Assembly (NCBI GenBank): GCA_016845825.1
Contig: JAERSJ010000036.1
Location: forward strand, 1 to 44,539
Origin: Methanobacteriota archaeon
GTDB lineage: Archaea; Thermoplasmatota; Poseidoniia; MGIII; CG-Epi1
DNA length: 44,539 nucleotides
Direction of reading: 5' to 3'
The stretch's first letter is position 1; the number at the start of each line of letters is the position of its first letter. The notes under the pieces were generated by a model. That model did not search any database. It was given only the letters and a program-made list of their open reading frames with translations, and was not told the origin of the DNA. Positions 1 through 7,435 of this stretch are shown in pieces. The position numbers and the translations under genes are program-made.

Positions 1-56
1 GTATAAGGATTTACCTATAGGAAAGTCTTTTTGTATTGATGGCTTAAGCAACTAAA

Positions 57-2039
57 ATGATTAAGGTTGAATGTAACGGAGAGGTGCTTGAATTTTCCAA
101 TGAAATAAGTGCAAATGAAGTCATTAAAAAAACGTATGGAAAAAAATCTGGTGCTGTTGCAGCCTTGGTCAACAATGAACAAAAAGATTTATCCTATTTG
201 TTAAACGAAAATTGTCGAGTTGAAATAATTCGAGAGGATTCTAATGAAGGTTTATACATAATGAGACATTCGTGTGCGCATCTTTTAGCACAAGCTGTTA
301 CAGAATTGTTTCCTAATGCAAAACCGACAATTGGACCTCCTATAGATGATGGTTTTTATTACGATTTTTTTATGGATCCCATAAATGAAGATGACTTAAG
401 AAGAATCGAAAAGTTAATGAAAAAAATAGTCAAACAAAATTTACCAATCCAAAGACAAGAACATAGTAATGAGACTTTGAGAAAGATGTTTTCTGATAAC
501 TCATTTAAAATGGAAATAATGGATGACAAAATTGGACAAGAAGTGGGTTCTTCAACATATAAGCAAGGCAATTTTGTGGATCTATGTAGGGGGCCACACG
601 TCGAAAGTACTTCTAAGTTAAGGTGGTTTAGGCTGACTAATACAAGTCAAGCATTTTGGAGAGCTGATTCATCAAGGGAAACACTTGTTAGAATTTATGG
701 AATGTGCTATTCATCAAAGGAAGACCTTCAGAATCGTGAAAAATTACTTCGTGAGGCTGCAAAGAGAGACCATCGAAAATTAGGGAAAGATTTGCAACTA
801 TTTCACATTGATGAAATGGTAGGTCAAGGATTAGTTCTTTGGACACCACGTGGAACCATAATCCGAAATGAACTACAACATTTTATTTCAGAACATTTAA
901 TCCGTCAAGGTTACCAACAAATATACACTCCACATATTGGAAAACTTGATCTTTATCGGACATCCGGCCATTTCCCATACTATCAAGACAGCCAATATCC
1001 TCCAATCATAAAACGAGATACTTTACACAAATTATCCGATGAAAACTGTACCTGTGGAGACCTATCTAATCTGATGTCAGAAGGTGAAATTGATGGATAT
1101 ATGCTAAAACCTATGAATTGTCCACATCATATTCGTGTGTACGCAAGTCAACCAAGATCATATCGTGACTTACCTTTAAGATTAGCCGAATTTGGAACTG
1201 TGTATCGCTGGGAGCAGTCTGGAGAAATCTCAGGGATGACTAGAGTAAGGGGCTTTACTCAAGATGACGCTCACTTATTCGTTACAGAAAATCAAATTGA
1301 ACAAGAGTTGCTTGGTTGTATTGAATTAGTCAAAGTTATTTTTGGGACATTAGGAATGAAAGATTATCGTGTTAGGATTGGACTCCGAGATTCTGATTCT
1401 GATAAATATGTTGGTAGTCCTGAAAAATGGAATACCGCTGAAGAAGCATGTCGAAATGCTGCAGCATCACTAGGCGTTGAATTCAGTGAAGAGCCTGGCG
1501 AGGCTGCATTTTACGGTCCAAAGATTGACTTTGTAGTAAAAGATGTATTGGGAAGAGAATGGCAATTGGGTACTGTACAAGTAGACTATAACTTACCAGA
1601 AAGATTTGACCTTACATATGTTGGTTCAGATGGTGAAAAACACCGCCCCGTTATGATTCATAGGGCGCCATTTGGTTCAATGGAAAGGTTTTGCGGAGTA
1701 TTGATCGAACATTTCAATGGAATGTTTCCAACTTGGCTTTCTCCTACACAAGTTCATATTTTGACTATTTCTGAAAAGCATAAAGAATACGCAGAACGAA
1801 TTGCTCAAACCCTACGCGATTTAGCACTACGAGTCGAAGTGGACTCTGGTGATGATACCATTGGAAAAAAGCTAAGAACTCATCGAAAAATGAGGCCTGC
1901 ATACCTTATGATTCTTGGAGACGATGAACAAAATAATGAGACTGTATCATTTATGGGGCCCGACAGAGAACAAAATACAGGAATATTATTGGATAAATTT
2001 ATTTCAGATATAACTGCAGAAATAAAATCAAAATCATAA
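57..2039 (+). CDS. thrS: Threonyl-tRNA synthetase, bacterial/eukaryal-type domain architecture
   Basis: 660-aa ORF with ATG at 57. It has an N-terminal TGS-like region and an editing-domain HxxxH motif ('HSCAHLL'). Class II core motifs are present ('RLAEFGTVYRWE', 'GFTQDDAHLF', 'HRAPFGSMERF'), followed by a C-terminal anticodon-binding domain. Confidence 0.95.
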   Translation: MIKVECNGEVLEFSNEISANEVIKKTYGKKSGAVAALVNNEQKDLSYLLNENCRVEIIREDSNEGLYIMRHSCAHLLAQAVTELFPNAKPTIGPPIDDGFYYDFFMDPINEDDLRRIEKLMKKIVKQNLPIQRQEHSNETLRKMFSDNSFKMEIMDDKIGQEVGSSTYKQGNFVDLCRGPHVESTSKLRWFRLTNTSQAFWRADSSRETLVRIYGMCYSSKEDLQNREKLLREAAKRDHRKLGKDLQLFHIDEMVGQGLVLWTPRGTIIRNELQHFISEHLIRQGYQQIYTPHIGKLDLYRTSGHFPYYQDSQYPPIIKRDTLHKLSDENCTCGDLSNLMSEGEIDGYMLKPMNCPHHIRVYASQPRSYRDLPLRLAEFGTVYRWEQSGEISGMTRVRGFTQDDAHLFVTENQIEQELLGCIELVKVIFGTLGMKDYRVRIGLRDSDSDKYVGSPEKWNTAEEACRNAAASLGVEFSEEPGEAAFYGPKIDFVVKDVLGREWQLGTVQVDYNLPERFDLTYVGSDGEKHRPVMIHRAPFGSMERFCGVLIEHFNGMFPTWLSPTQVHILTISEKHKEYAERIAQTLRDLALRVEVDSGDDTIGKKLRTHRKMRPAYLMILGDDEQNNETVSFMGPDREQNTGILLDKFISDITAEIKSKS

Positions 2040-2049
2040 AAAATTTTAT

Positions 2050-2136
2050 TGGCGCCGAGGGAGGGATTTGAACCCCCGAGGGAAATTTCCCACCGGCTTT
2101 CAAGGCCGGCGCTATACCGGGCTAAGCGACCTCGGC
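2050..2136 (-). tRNA. tRNA-Ser (anticodon UGA), class II with long variable arm, CCA encoded
   Basis: Folded by hand on the minus strand. Acceptor GCCGAGG/CCTCGGC; anticodon stem CCGGC/GCCGG with loop CUUGAAA. Variable arm GGGA-AAUU-UCCC; T arm GGGGG-UUCAAAU-CCCUC; discriminator G followed by CCA. Confidence 0.9.
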
Positions 2137-2140
2137 TCAT

Positions 2141-2175
2141 AAAAAAAGAGATTAGCCCAAACTAATTTGGGCTAA
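2141..2175 (-). terminator. Perfect 10-bp hairpin followed by a T7 run (minus-strand sense), between the small CDS and tRNA-Ser
   Basis: TTAGCCCAAA-CTAA-TTTGGGCTAA at 2152-2175. On the minus strand it is followed by TCTCTTTTTTT (A-run 2141-2147 on plus). On the plus strand it is followed by CCATTTTT. Confidence 0.4.
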
Positions 2176-2203
2176 CCATTTTTGACTCTAAGTAAATTTA
2201 AAT

Positions 2204-2434
2204 TTACTTTCGACCGCGAGCCATCTCGGACCTAGCTACATCACCGTCTTTATCGATGTAGTATAGGAATTTGTCTTCTCTAGTGACACCTGCATCTGCA
2301 ACTTTTTCTGGTCCGCCACCGGTCTTTTTACCGCCTCGAGCCATCTTAGTTCTCCATACGTGTCCGTCTTTTCCTAAGTAATATAGGTAGCCTGCTTCTT
2401 TTGTTACTCCTGTCTTTTCAACTTTTTCAGCCAT
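2204..2434 (-). CDS. Small basic protein made of two tandem ~35-aa repeats; function unknown
   Basis: 76 aa. The two halves align residue by residue: EKVEKTGVTKEAGYLYYLGKDGHVWRTKMARGGKK versus EKVADAGVTREDKFLYYIDKDGDVARSEMARGRK. A TATA-like 'tatatata' lies about 35 nt upstream on the minus strand. Confidence 0.6.
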   Translation of the reverse strand: MAEKVEKTGVTKEAGYLYYLGKDGHVWRTKMARGGKKTGGGPEKVADAGVTREDKFLYYIDKDGDVARSEMARGRK

Positions 2435-2546
2435 GGTTTAACACCAATTGTTTAGAAAGTGTAGTGTATATATACTTATCCTGTGAACGTCGTCGAGAAA
2501 AAAAAGGATAGATATGTTTATAACTAAGGTTCTAAAATAACAACCT

Positions 2547-2993
2547 ATGGACATGTCCACCGAAATCGGCGATGGAGTAATTATGGACTATTTCGTATCT
2601 ATGTTATTGATCGGAATCGGAGTTGCTCTCTTAGCTACAGGCTTATTCACATCATACTTTGGTGCAGGTAAATCTCAAAAGATTGGTCTCGGCCTTCTTG
2701 TAACTGGAATTTTAGCAATAATCATAACGTACATCTTAACTTTTGAAGCCGGAACTGGAGTAACAACCCAATTTGATGATGGAGTATTCATGGATGCTCT
2801 AGTATCTGGAATTTCGGCTCTAGCTGGAATGATTATTGGAATGTTTGTAATCTTATTTGTACTTATGAAAGTAGATACTGTTGACGATTTAGAAGATTTA
2901 GACTTAGAAGATCTCGAAGATTTAGACTTAGATGAAGAACTTAAAAAATTAGAAAAAGAGTTAAATGCTGATTCATCTGGAGAGGAGGAATAA
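2547..2993 (+). CDS. Three-TM membrane protein with a highly acidic LED-repeat C-terminal tail
   Basis: 148 aa with three hydrophobic segments. The tail reads 'DDLEDLDLEDLEDLDLDEELKKLEKEL..SGEEE'. It is a paralogue of the next gene (shared 'G.ALL.TGL..SY.G..K...G' pattern). Confidence 0.6.
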   Translation: MDMSTEIGDGVIMDYFVSMLLIGIGVALLATGLFTSYFGAGKSQKIGLGLLVTGILAIIITYILTFEAGTGVTTQFDDGVFMDALVSGISALAGMIIGMFVILFVLMKVDTVDDLEDLDLEDLEDLDLDEELKKLEKELNADSSGEEE

Positions 2994-2994
2994 A

Positions 2995-3270
2995 ATGGCC
3001 GAAACATCTGAAATTGCAATATCTATGCTTATTGTTGGCTCTGCCTTATCTATGCTTCTAATGGGATTACTCATATCATATTACGGCAGTAGTAAAACTA
3101 GAAATGTTGGAATTTTATTTTTAGCGCTAGGTATAGCTCTGATGTACTACGTAACTTCCATGGCATACGACAGTGTAGTATTCATGAATTCTATCCTCGC
3201 TTTCGTCGGTGGAATGCTAGGTGGAATTATTGGCATAGTTATTTTCTTAGTTGCAATAATTAAATCATAA
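2995..3270 (+). CDS. Three-TM membrane protein, tail-less paralogue of 2547-2993
   Basis: Start moved to the ATG at 2995 ('MAETSE'), which is preceded by GGAGAGGAGG. The ORF-track start at 2965 would overlap the upstream gene. 91 aa, three hydrophobic segments. Confidence 0.6.
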   Translation: MAETSEIAISMLIVGSALSMLLMGLLISYYGSSKTRNVGILFLALGIALMYYVTSMAYDSVVFMNSILAFVGGMLGGIIGIVIFLVAIIKS

Positions 3271-3314
3271 TTAATCAGCATTAGTCTAAAATAGAATAGC
3301 GATGCCTAAGCTTT

Positions 3315-5243
3315 GTGAAGTCGGAAGACGACCTTTGGGATACGGGAAAAGAAGACGATACATCTAGTTCAAATTCTGACGATGATAGTTCAACTCTAGA
3401 CTTATCTGAAACTTCGCCTGAAAAAGATGAAAAAGAAATTAATCTAGCCATACCTGAAGAAAGTGAAGCTATTGAAAATGACGAGGATTGGGCAATCCCT
3501 TTAGCTGAAGATGTTGATGGCTTAAATCTAAGAACTATTGGAATAGTAGGCACCGTTGTTATTCTCCTCCTAACAGGAACTCTTTTTTTCTTATTAAATG
3601 AAACAAACGCTGAAATTGAAGTTCCCAATGAAAGATACGATGAACAAATTAATTATAACGTAAATGGCTTCTTAAATTTTGACAGTAATTTAGATGTTCC
3701 TATACCATTTGGATTCTTTGATAATGATATTGTAATAAATAATTTAGACGTTGTTTTCCAGGGTGAACTATCTCTTGGAATAGAAGGGCCTCGACACGTT
3801 GAAAAAAATGGATATGGAGAGACTAAGAATTCTCTTTTCAGGAAATATATTGATCAAGACCTCGATGATGTTGATGGTACTATCACTGAAGAAGGATCTG
3901 AGCCCGCTGAACTAAAAAATTCAAATATAAAGAGTAAACAAGATCAATATGTTGATAGTAGTTCTCTAAATATTATACGATCTGATATAGTTTCTAATGC
4001 ATCTACTGCCAAAATCTCGGGAATAGGTCAAAGATGGGCATGGCAGAGCGCTACGGATTGGATACCTCGCCAACATAGTAGTGGCATATTGCCTCATGGT
4101 AATGCATACATTGGAAAGACTTTGACTGTAGGAGATAGCGGAACTCTTTACGAAAGTGGCATTCAATTTACTACTAAGGTTGATAAAGGGGAAAAAATAA
4201 AAGATTATGATACGGTAAAAATCCAAATAATGACATCATACGTCTCTGATTCATTACTCGGATATGAGTATGAATACAGTTATACATTTTCTTTTTACAT
4301 GTCAGAAGCCAGTAGTCTCCCTTTAAAATTTGAAATGAGATTAACTTCTGAAGCAAAATCACCCGGAGCTCAACTATATTCAATTGATTTAAAATATACT
4401 GCCACTGCTAAAGATGTATTTGAGGGAAATGAATTTGTTCCTACCAAAAATTACGACTCGATTTCACCTAACAGTGAGGGTGAATTTTTAGCTTGGGATA
4501 ATGGTGCGCCTGCCTTAGGGACATCTTGCGACGAAAATTCACAGCTAAATGGAAATTTTAACCTACAATCTGGAATTAATACAGCTAAAAATAATATCTC
4601 TTCCTTCGACAATTACATTAAAGACCAACAGGCCAAAAAAGAAGAAGCTTTTGTAATTGAAGCTAACTTTAGCTCTGCCAATGATAATAGGTGGAATTTT
4701 ACGATGGCGCACAGTAATGAGCAATCTCAAAAAGTAGATGGCTGGGTTCTAGACTACCGTCAGGAAAAAATTAATGGCACTACTTATGTTAATGGAACTG
4801 AAAAAGAATTAGATAACCCTATTTTAAAAATGGAAGAAATAGAAACTCCATTGACTGTTTGCTCTGCTGAAAATCTTATGACCAATTTTGAAGAAATTGC
4901 TGACTGGGCTGTCGATAAGAATACTAACAATGTTAATTACGAAACTACTACTCTCATTTTAGGTCAGAATTTGATATCTGAACAAAGCCTTTCATCTCCA
5001 ACGTCTATTCTTGACTTTGGAAATTTAGATTTAATCAGCGCAATTTCGGACTTAAATTCTGGGAACTTGAATTTCAATGATTATTCTAATAACATTGACG
5101 TAGATACTGCAGGAAGTTACGCGTATTTCCTCGATAGGAGTGGAGGTAGTGATTCTTTGGGATACGATTATCAGGAAGTAGCTGGAATTGATGCAAAAAA
5201 CGGATTAGTAATGTTTAACTTACAATCTAGAAATGCTCTTTAG
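3315..5243 (+). CDS. Type-II-like membrane protein: acidic N-terminal tail, one TM, ~540-aa Asn/Ser-rich extracytoplasmic domain; no recognised family
   Basis: 642-aa ORF with a GTG start and no in-frame ATG before the TM segment. The TM is 'IGIVGTVVILLLTGTLFFLL'. There are many N-x-S/T sequons. Confidence 0.65.
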   Translation: MKSEDDLWDTGKEDDTSSSNSDDDSSTLDLSETSPEKDEKEINLAIPEESEAIENDEDWAIPLAEDVDGLNLRTIGIVGTVVILLLTGTLFFLLNETNAEIEVPNERYDEQINYNVNGFLNFDSNLDVPIPFGFFDNDIVINNLDVVFQGELSLGIEGPRHVEKNGYGETKNSLFRKYIDQDLDDVDGTITEEGSEPAELKNSNIKSKQDQYVDSSSLNIIRSDIVSNASTAKISGIGQRWAWQSATDWIPRQHSSGILPHGNAYIGKTLTVGDSGTLYESGIQFTTKVDKGEKIKDYDTVKIQIMTSYVSDSLLGYEYEYSYTFSFYMSEASSLPLKFEMRLTSEAKSPGAQLYSIDLKYTATAKDVFEGNEFVPTKNYDSISPNSEGEFLAWDNGAPALGTSCDENSQLNGNFNLQSGINTAKNNISSFDNYIKDQQAKKEEAFVIEANFSSANDNRWNFTMAHSNEQSQKVDGWVLDYRQEKINGTTYVNGTEKELDNPILKMEEIETPLTVCSAENLMTNFEEIADWAVDKNTNNVNYETTTLILGQNLISEQSLSSPTSILDFGNLDLISAISDLNSGNLNFNDYSNNIDVDTAGSYAYFLDRSGGSDSLGYDYQEVAGIDAKNGLVMFNLQSRNAL

Positions 5244-5995
5244 CCAATATAGTTAACATCTACCTTTTCTTCGACTTCAGATTCGCTCTCTTTCAATTGA
5301 TTTGTTATGCTATCAACTTGCTTAGCTCTCTTTTCTAATTCCTCAAGATCTATTTCAATACCTAATAATTTCTGAAGAGATTTCAAAACAATACTTGCAG
5401 ATTTAGGATCTACCATATATCCACTGGTTTCTCCCATTAAACAACCGCCTTCTATTCCTTGTAACTTACCCAAACCTAACAAAAGTCCTGAAGCTCCAAC
5501 GATTCCAGCACCCGGTTCGCCATCTATGAATTCAACATCTGCTGATTTGAATAAATCTACCATGTCTTGAGAAGTAGCCGCACCGAGGACTCTAGGCTCA
5601 GGAACTAATTTACCCAAACCATAACCACCTAATGTATAAATGCTAGAAACTCCCATCTCTTTGACAAGCGTGATTAACTGACTACACAATTCATACTGAC
5701 CTGAAGAATCCATACCTTGGTATTCTCCTACTAAAAATAACAAATCTTTGTTTTTCCCTTTAGTCTTATGATAATAAAGTTCATTATTAACTAATTTAAC
5801 AACACCATCGTCGTCAATCAGAACTTGTGGAGGAAAATGGGATGAATATATTTCTGTACATTTTTTAGCTTTTAATTCTTCAATTAAATGCATAGCTGCT
5901 AATTTGCCAACATTTCCCACGCCTGGCAAACCTTCGAGAAGTATTGCATCTTTTAATTTAATATCTTCAATTTTAACAATCTCTGTAAAACTCAA
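5240..5995 (-). CDS. PAC2-family protein (archaeal proteasome-assembly-chaperone-like, COG1938)
   Basis: 'AILLEGLPGVGNVGKLAAMHLIEEL' is the characteristic N-terminal motif of the family. It occupies the conserved position downstream of aIF2-alpha/Nop10. A TTG start overlaps the Nop10 stop. Confidence 0.8.
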   Translation of the reverse strand: MSFTEIVKIEDIKLKDAILLEGLPGVGNVGKLAAMHLIEELKAKKCTEIYSSHFPPQVLIDDDGVVKLVNNELYYHKTKGKNKDLLFLVGEYQGMDSSGQYELCSQLITLVKEMGVSSIYTLGGYGLGKLVPEPRVLGAATSQDMVDLFKSADVEFIDGEPGAGIVGASGLLLGLGKLQGIEGGCLMGETSGYMVDPKSASIVLKSLQKLLGIEIDLEELEKRAKQVDSITNQLKESESEVEEKVDVNYIG

Positions 5996-6153
5996 AGTGA
6001 TTTCTCCTTTAGCATTCTTCGATATTTTCCATATTTGTCTTCAGGAGAATATTTGGGAGGGAGGGGATTTGATGTGTTACTATTACAAGTACCACACATA
6101 GAACTTAAAGTAAACATGTTGCATTTCTTACAGTGCAAAATTGAAGAACGCAT
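5992..6153 (-). CDS. nop10: H/ACA RNP protein Nop10 (53 aa; not in the ORF track)
   Basis: Hand translation: MRSSILHCKKCNMFTLSSMCGTCNSNTSNPLPPKYSPEDKYGKYRRMLKEKSL. It has a CxxC...CxxC zinc ribbon plus the 'P.KYSPEDKYGKYRR' signature. The ATG overlaps the aIF2-alpha TAA (TAATG). Confidence 0.85.
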   Translation of the reverse strand: MRSSILHCKKCNMFTLSSMCGTCNSNTSNPLPPKYSPEDKYGKYRRMLKEKSL

Positions 6154-6926
6154 TATGCCCTCTCAAAGGAACCTACACCACCCTCTTTTTTGAGGAGACT
6201 TAAAACCAAATCTACTGCAGATTTTAGTTCTTCTTCAGCCTGTTTGTAATTTGGAGCCTTAACTAACACTCTATAGTTAGGAGCTCCGTCTGAAGTTATT
6301 GTCAATTTACTATCTTCATGGATTGCCTTAGGGCCCATCAATGAAGCTTTAATTCCTTCTACGCCATCTTCTTTTTCGGAGACCAAACTAAGCATGCCGC
6401 CTATGGTAACATATGGTGGAGTAACATTTTCAATTCCTATTTTGATAAATTCAGACACCCATTTTCCTTTCCAAGCTTTTTTGAAATCATCACTATTTAT
6501 AACTGATTCTTCAAATGCTCGATATAAACTTTCGTAATTATTAACTAAATCTTCTCTAACTTCATTGCGTAATTTTTCATAATCTACCTTTATGTTCTTT
6601 GCAACAAGTTCAAGTAATTTGGAAGCGCGTTGTTCGTTTTTCCATTCTCTTATTTTCTCTTTCTTTCTATGTCCTGAAACTTGTCTTACTGACGCATCGA
6701 TAATTTTACTACCTTTTTTAACTTTAGTAACCTTAGCAACAACCATCTGGCCTTCGCGAATAAAATCTCGAATGTATTTTACCCAACCTGAGGCTACTTC
6801 TGAAATGTGGACAAAAGCTTTCTGATCAGTATATTCCAGTAAGTTTAGAGTAGCGCCGAAATCTTTTACTTCAATAACACGCCCAATAATATAATCGCCA
6901 TCTTCAGGTACGTCCAAAGGACTCAC
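6153..6926 (-). CDS. eif2a: Translation initiation factor aIF2 alpha subunit
   Basis: N-terminal S1 domain ('GDYIIGRVIEVKDFGATLNLLEY..AFVHISEVASGWV'), helical and C-terminal alpha/beta domains. The GTG start overlaps the eS27 stop (GTGA). Confidence 0.93.
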   Translation of the reverse strand: MSPLDVPEDGDYIIGRVIEVKDFGATLNLLEYTDQKAFVHISEVASGWVKYIRDFIREGQMVVAKVTKVKKGSKIIDASVRQVSGHRKKEKIREWKNEQRASKLLELVAKNIKVDYEKLRNEVREDLVNNYESLYRAFEESVINSDDFKKAWKGKWVSEFIKIGIENVTPPYVTIGGMLSLVSEKEDGVEGIKASLMGPKAIHEDSKLTITSDGAPNYRVLVKAPNYKQAEEELKSAVDLVLSLLKKEGGVGSFERA

Positions 6927-7093
6927 TCAAGCTCCTCTAGTATCTCCCCAAGAATCTTTGCCTTACCGCCTGTAGGAAGTGCAATTGTTGAACCTGTAAC
7001 TGGATCCTTTACTACAGTGTCACACTTATCGAAAATTACTACAGTGTAATCGCTATCAGGACTTTTAACTTTTAGAAATTTACTTTTTGTCAT
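6923..7093 (-). CDS. rps27e: Ribosomal protein eS27 (S27e), 56 aa, lacking the canonical zinc-ribbon cysteines (not in the ORF track)
   Basis: Hand translation: MTKSKFLKVKSPDSDYTVVIFDKCDTVVKDPVTGSTIALPTGGKAKILGEILEELE. It matches the S27e pattern 'FLKVKCPDC...C..CG...PTGGKAKI' with Cys replaced. Confidence 0.85.
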   Translation of the reverse strand: MTKSKFLKVKSPDSDYTVVIFDKCDTVVKDPVTGSTIALPTGGKAKILGEILEELE

Positions 7094-7095
7094 TT

Positions 7096-7374
7096 TTACT
7101 CCGTTAACTCGAACTTTTTAGCTCTAAAGTTTTTCTTGTGGTGTGCTTTACCGGTCTCAGTACATCTATACCTAACATAAACTCTTTTTGTAGGCTTTTC
7201 ACGACCTTCTGGTTTAGGCCTAGGAAAACCACCGTAGCCAGATGTTACACTTCTAAACTTTCTTTGCCCTCTTGCTAACTCAGAAGCTCGCTTTTTTTTA
7301 ACTACTTCAATTTCATGAAGAGTATGCTTTTTTGCATAAGGGCTGTACATCTTAACTTTTCGTGGTATTTTCAT
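7096..7374 (-). CDS. rpl44e: Ribosomal protein eL42 (L44e), with three of four zinc-ribbon cysteines replaced
   Basis: 92 aa: 'PRKVKMYSPYAKKHTLHEIE...GGFPRPKP...KPTKRVYVRYRCTETGKAH'. The canonical family has 'YCPxC..H' and 'RCxxCGKAH'. Confidence 0.9.
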   Translation of the reverse strand: MKIPRKVKMYSPYAKKHTLHEIEVVKKKRASELARGQRKFRSVTSGYGGFPRPKPEGREKPTKRVYVRYRCTETGKAHHKKNFRAKKFELTE

Positions 7375-7435
7375 GATACCTGAGTCCTCAGGAAACGCTC
7401 CGAGCCAAAGGGTTTAATAAAGCTAATCCGAGAAA

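Noticed and set aside
1880-2140. An 86-aa minus-strand ORF
   Set aside because: It overlaps the thrS 3' end and consists largely of tRNA-Ser read as codons, so it is spurious.
5904-6101. A 65-aa plus-strand ORF in the apparent PAC2/aIF2alpha gap
   Set aside because: It is antisense to Nop10, which has a strong family signature and conserved operon position.
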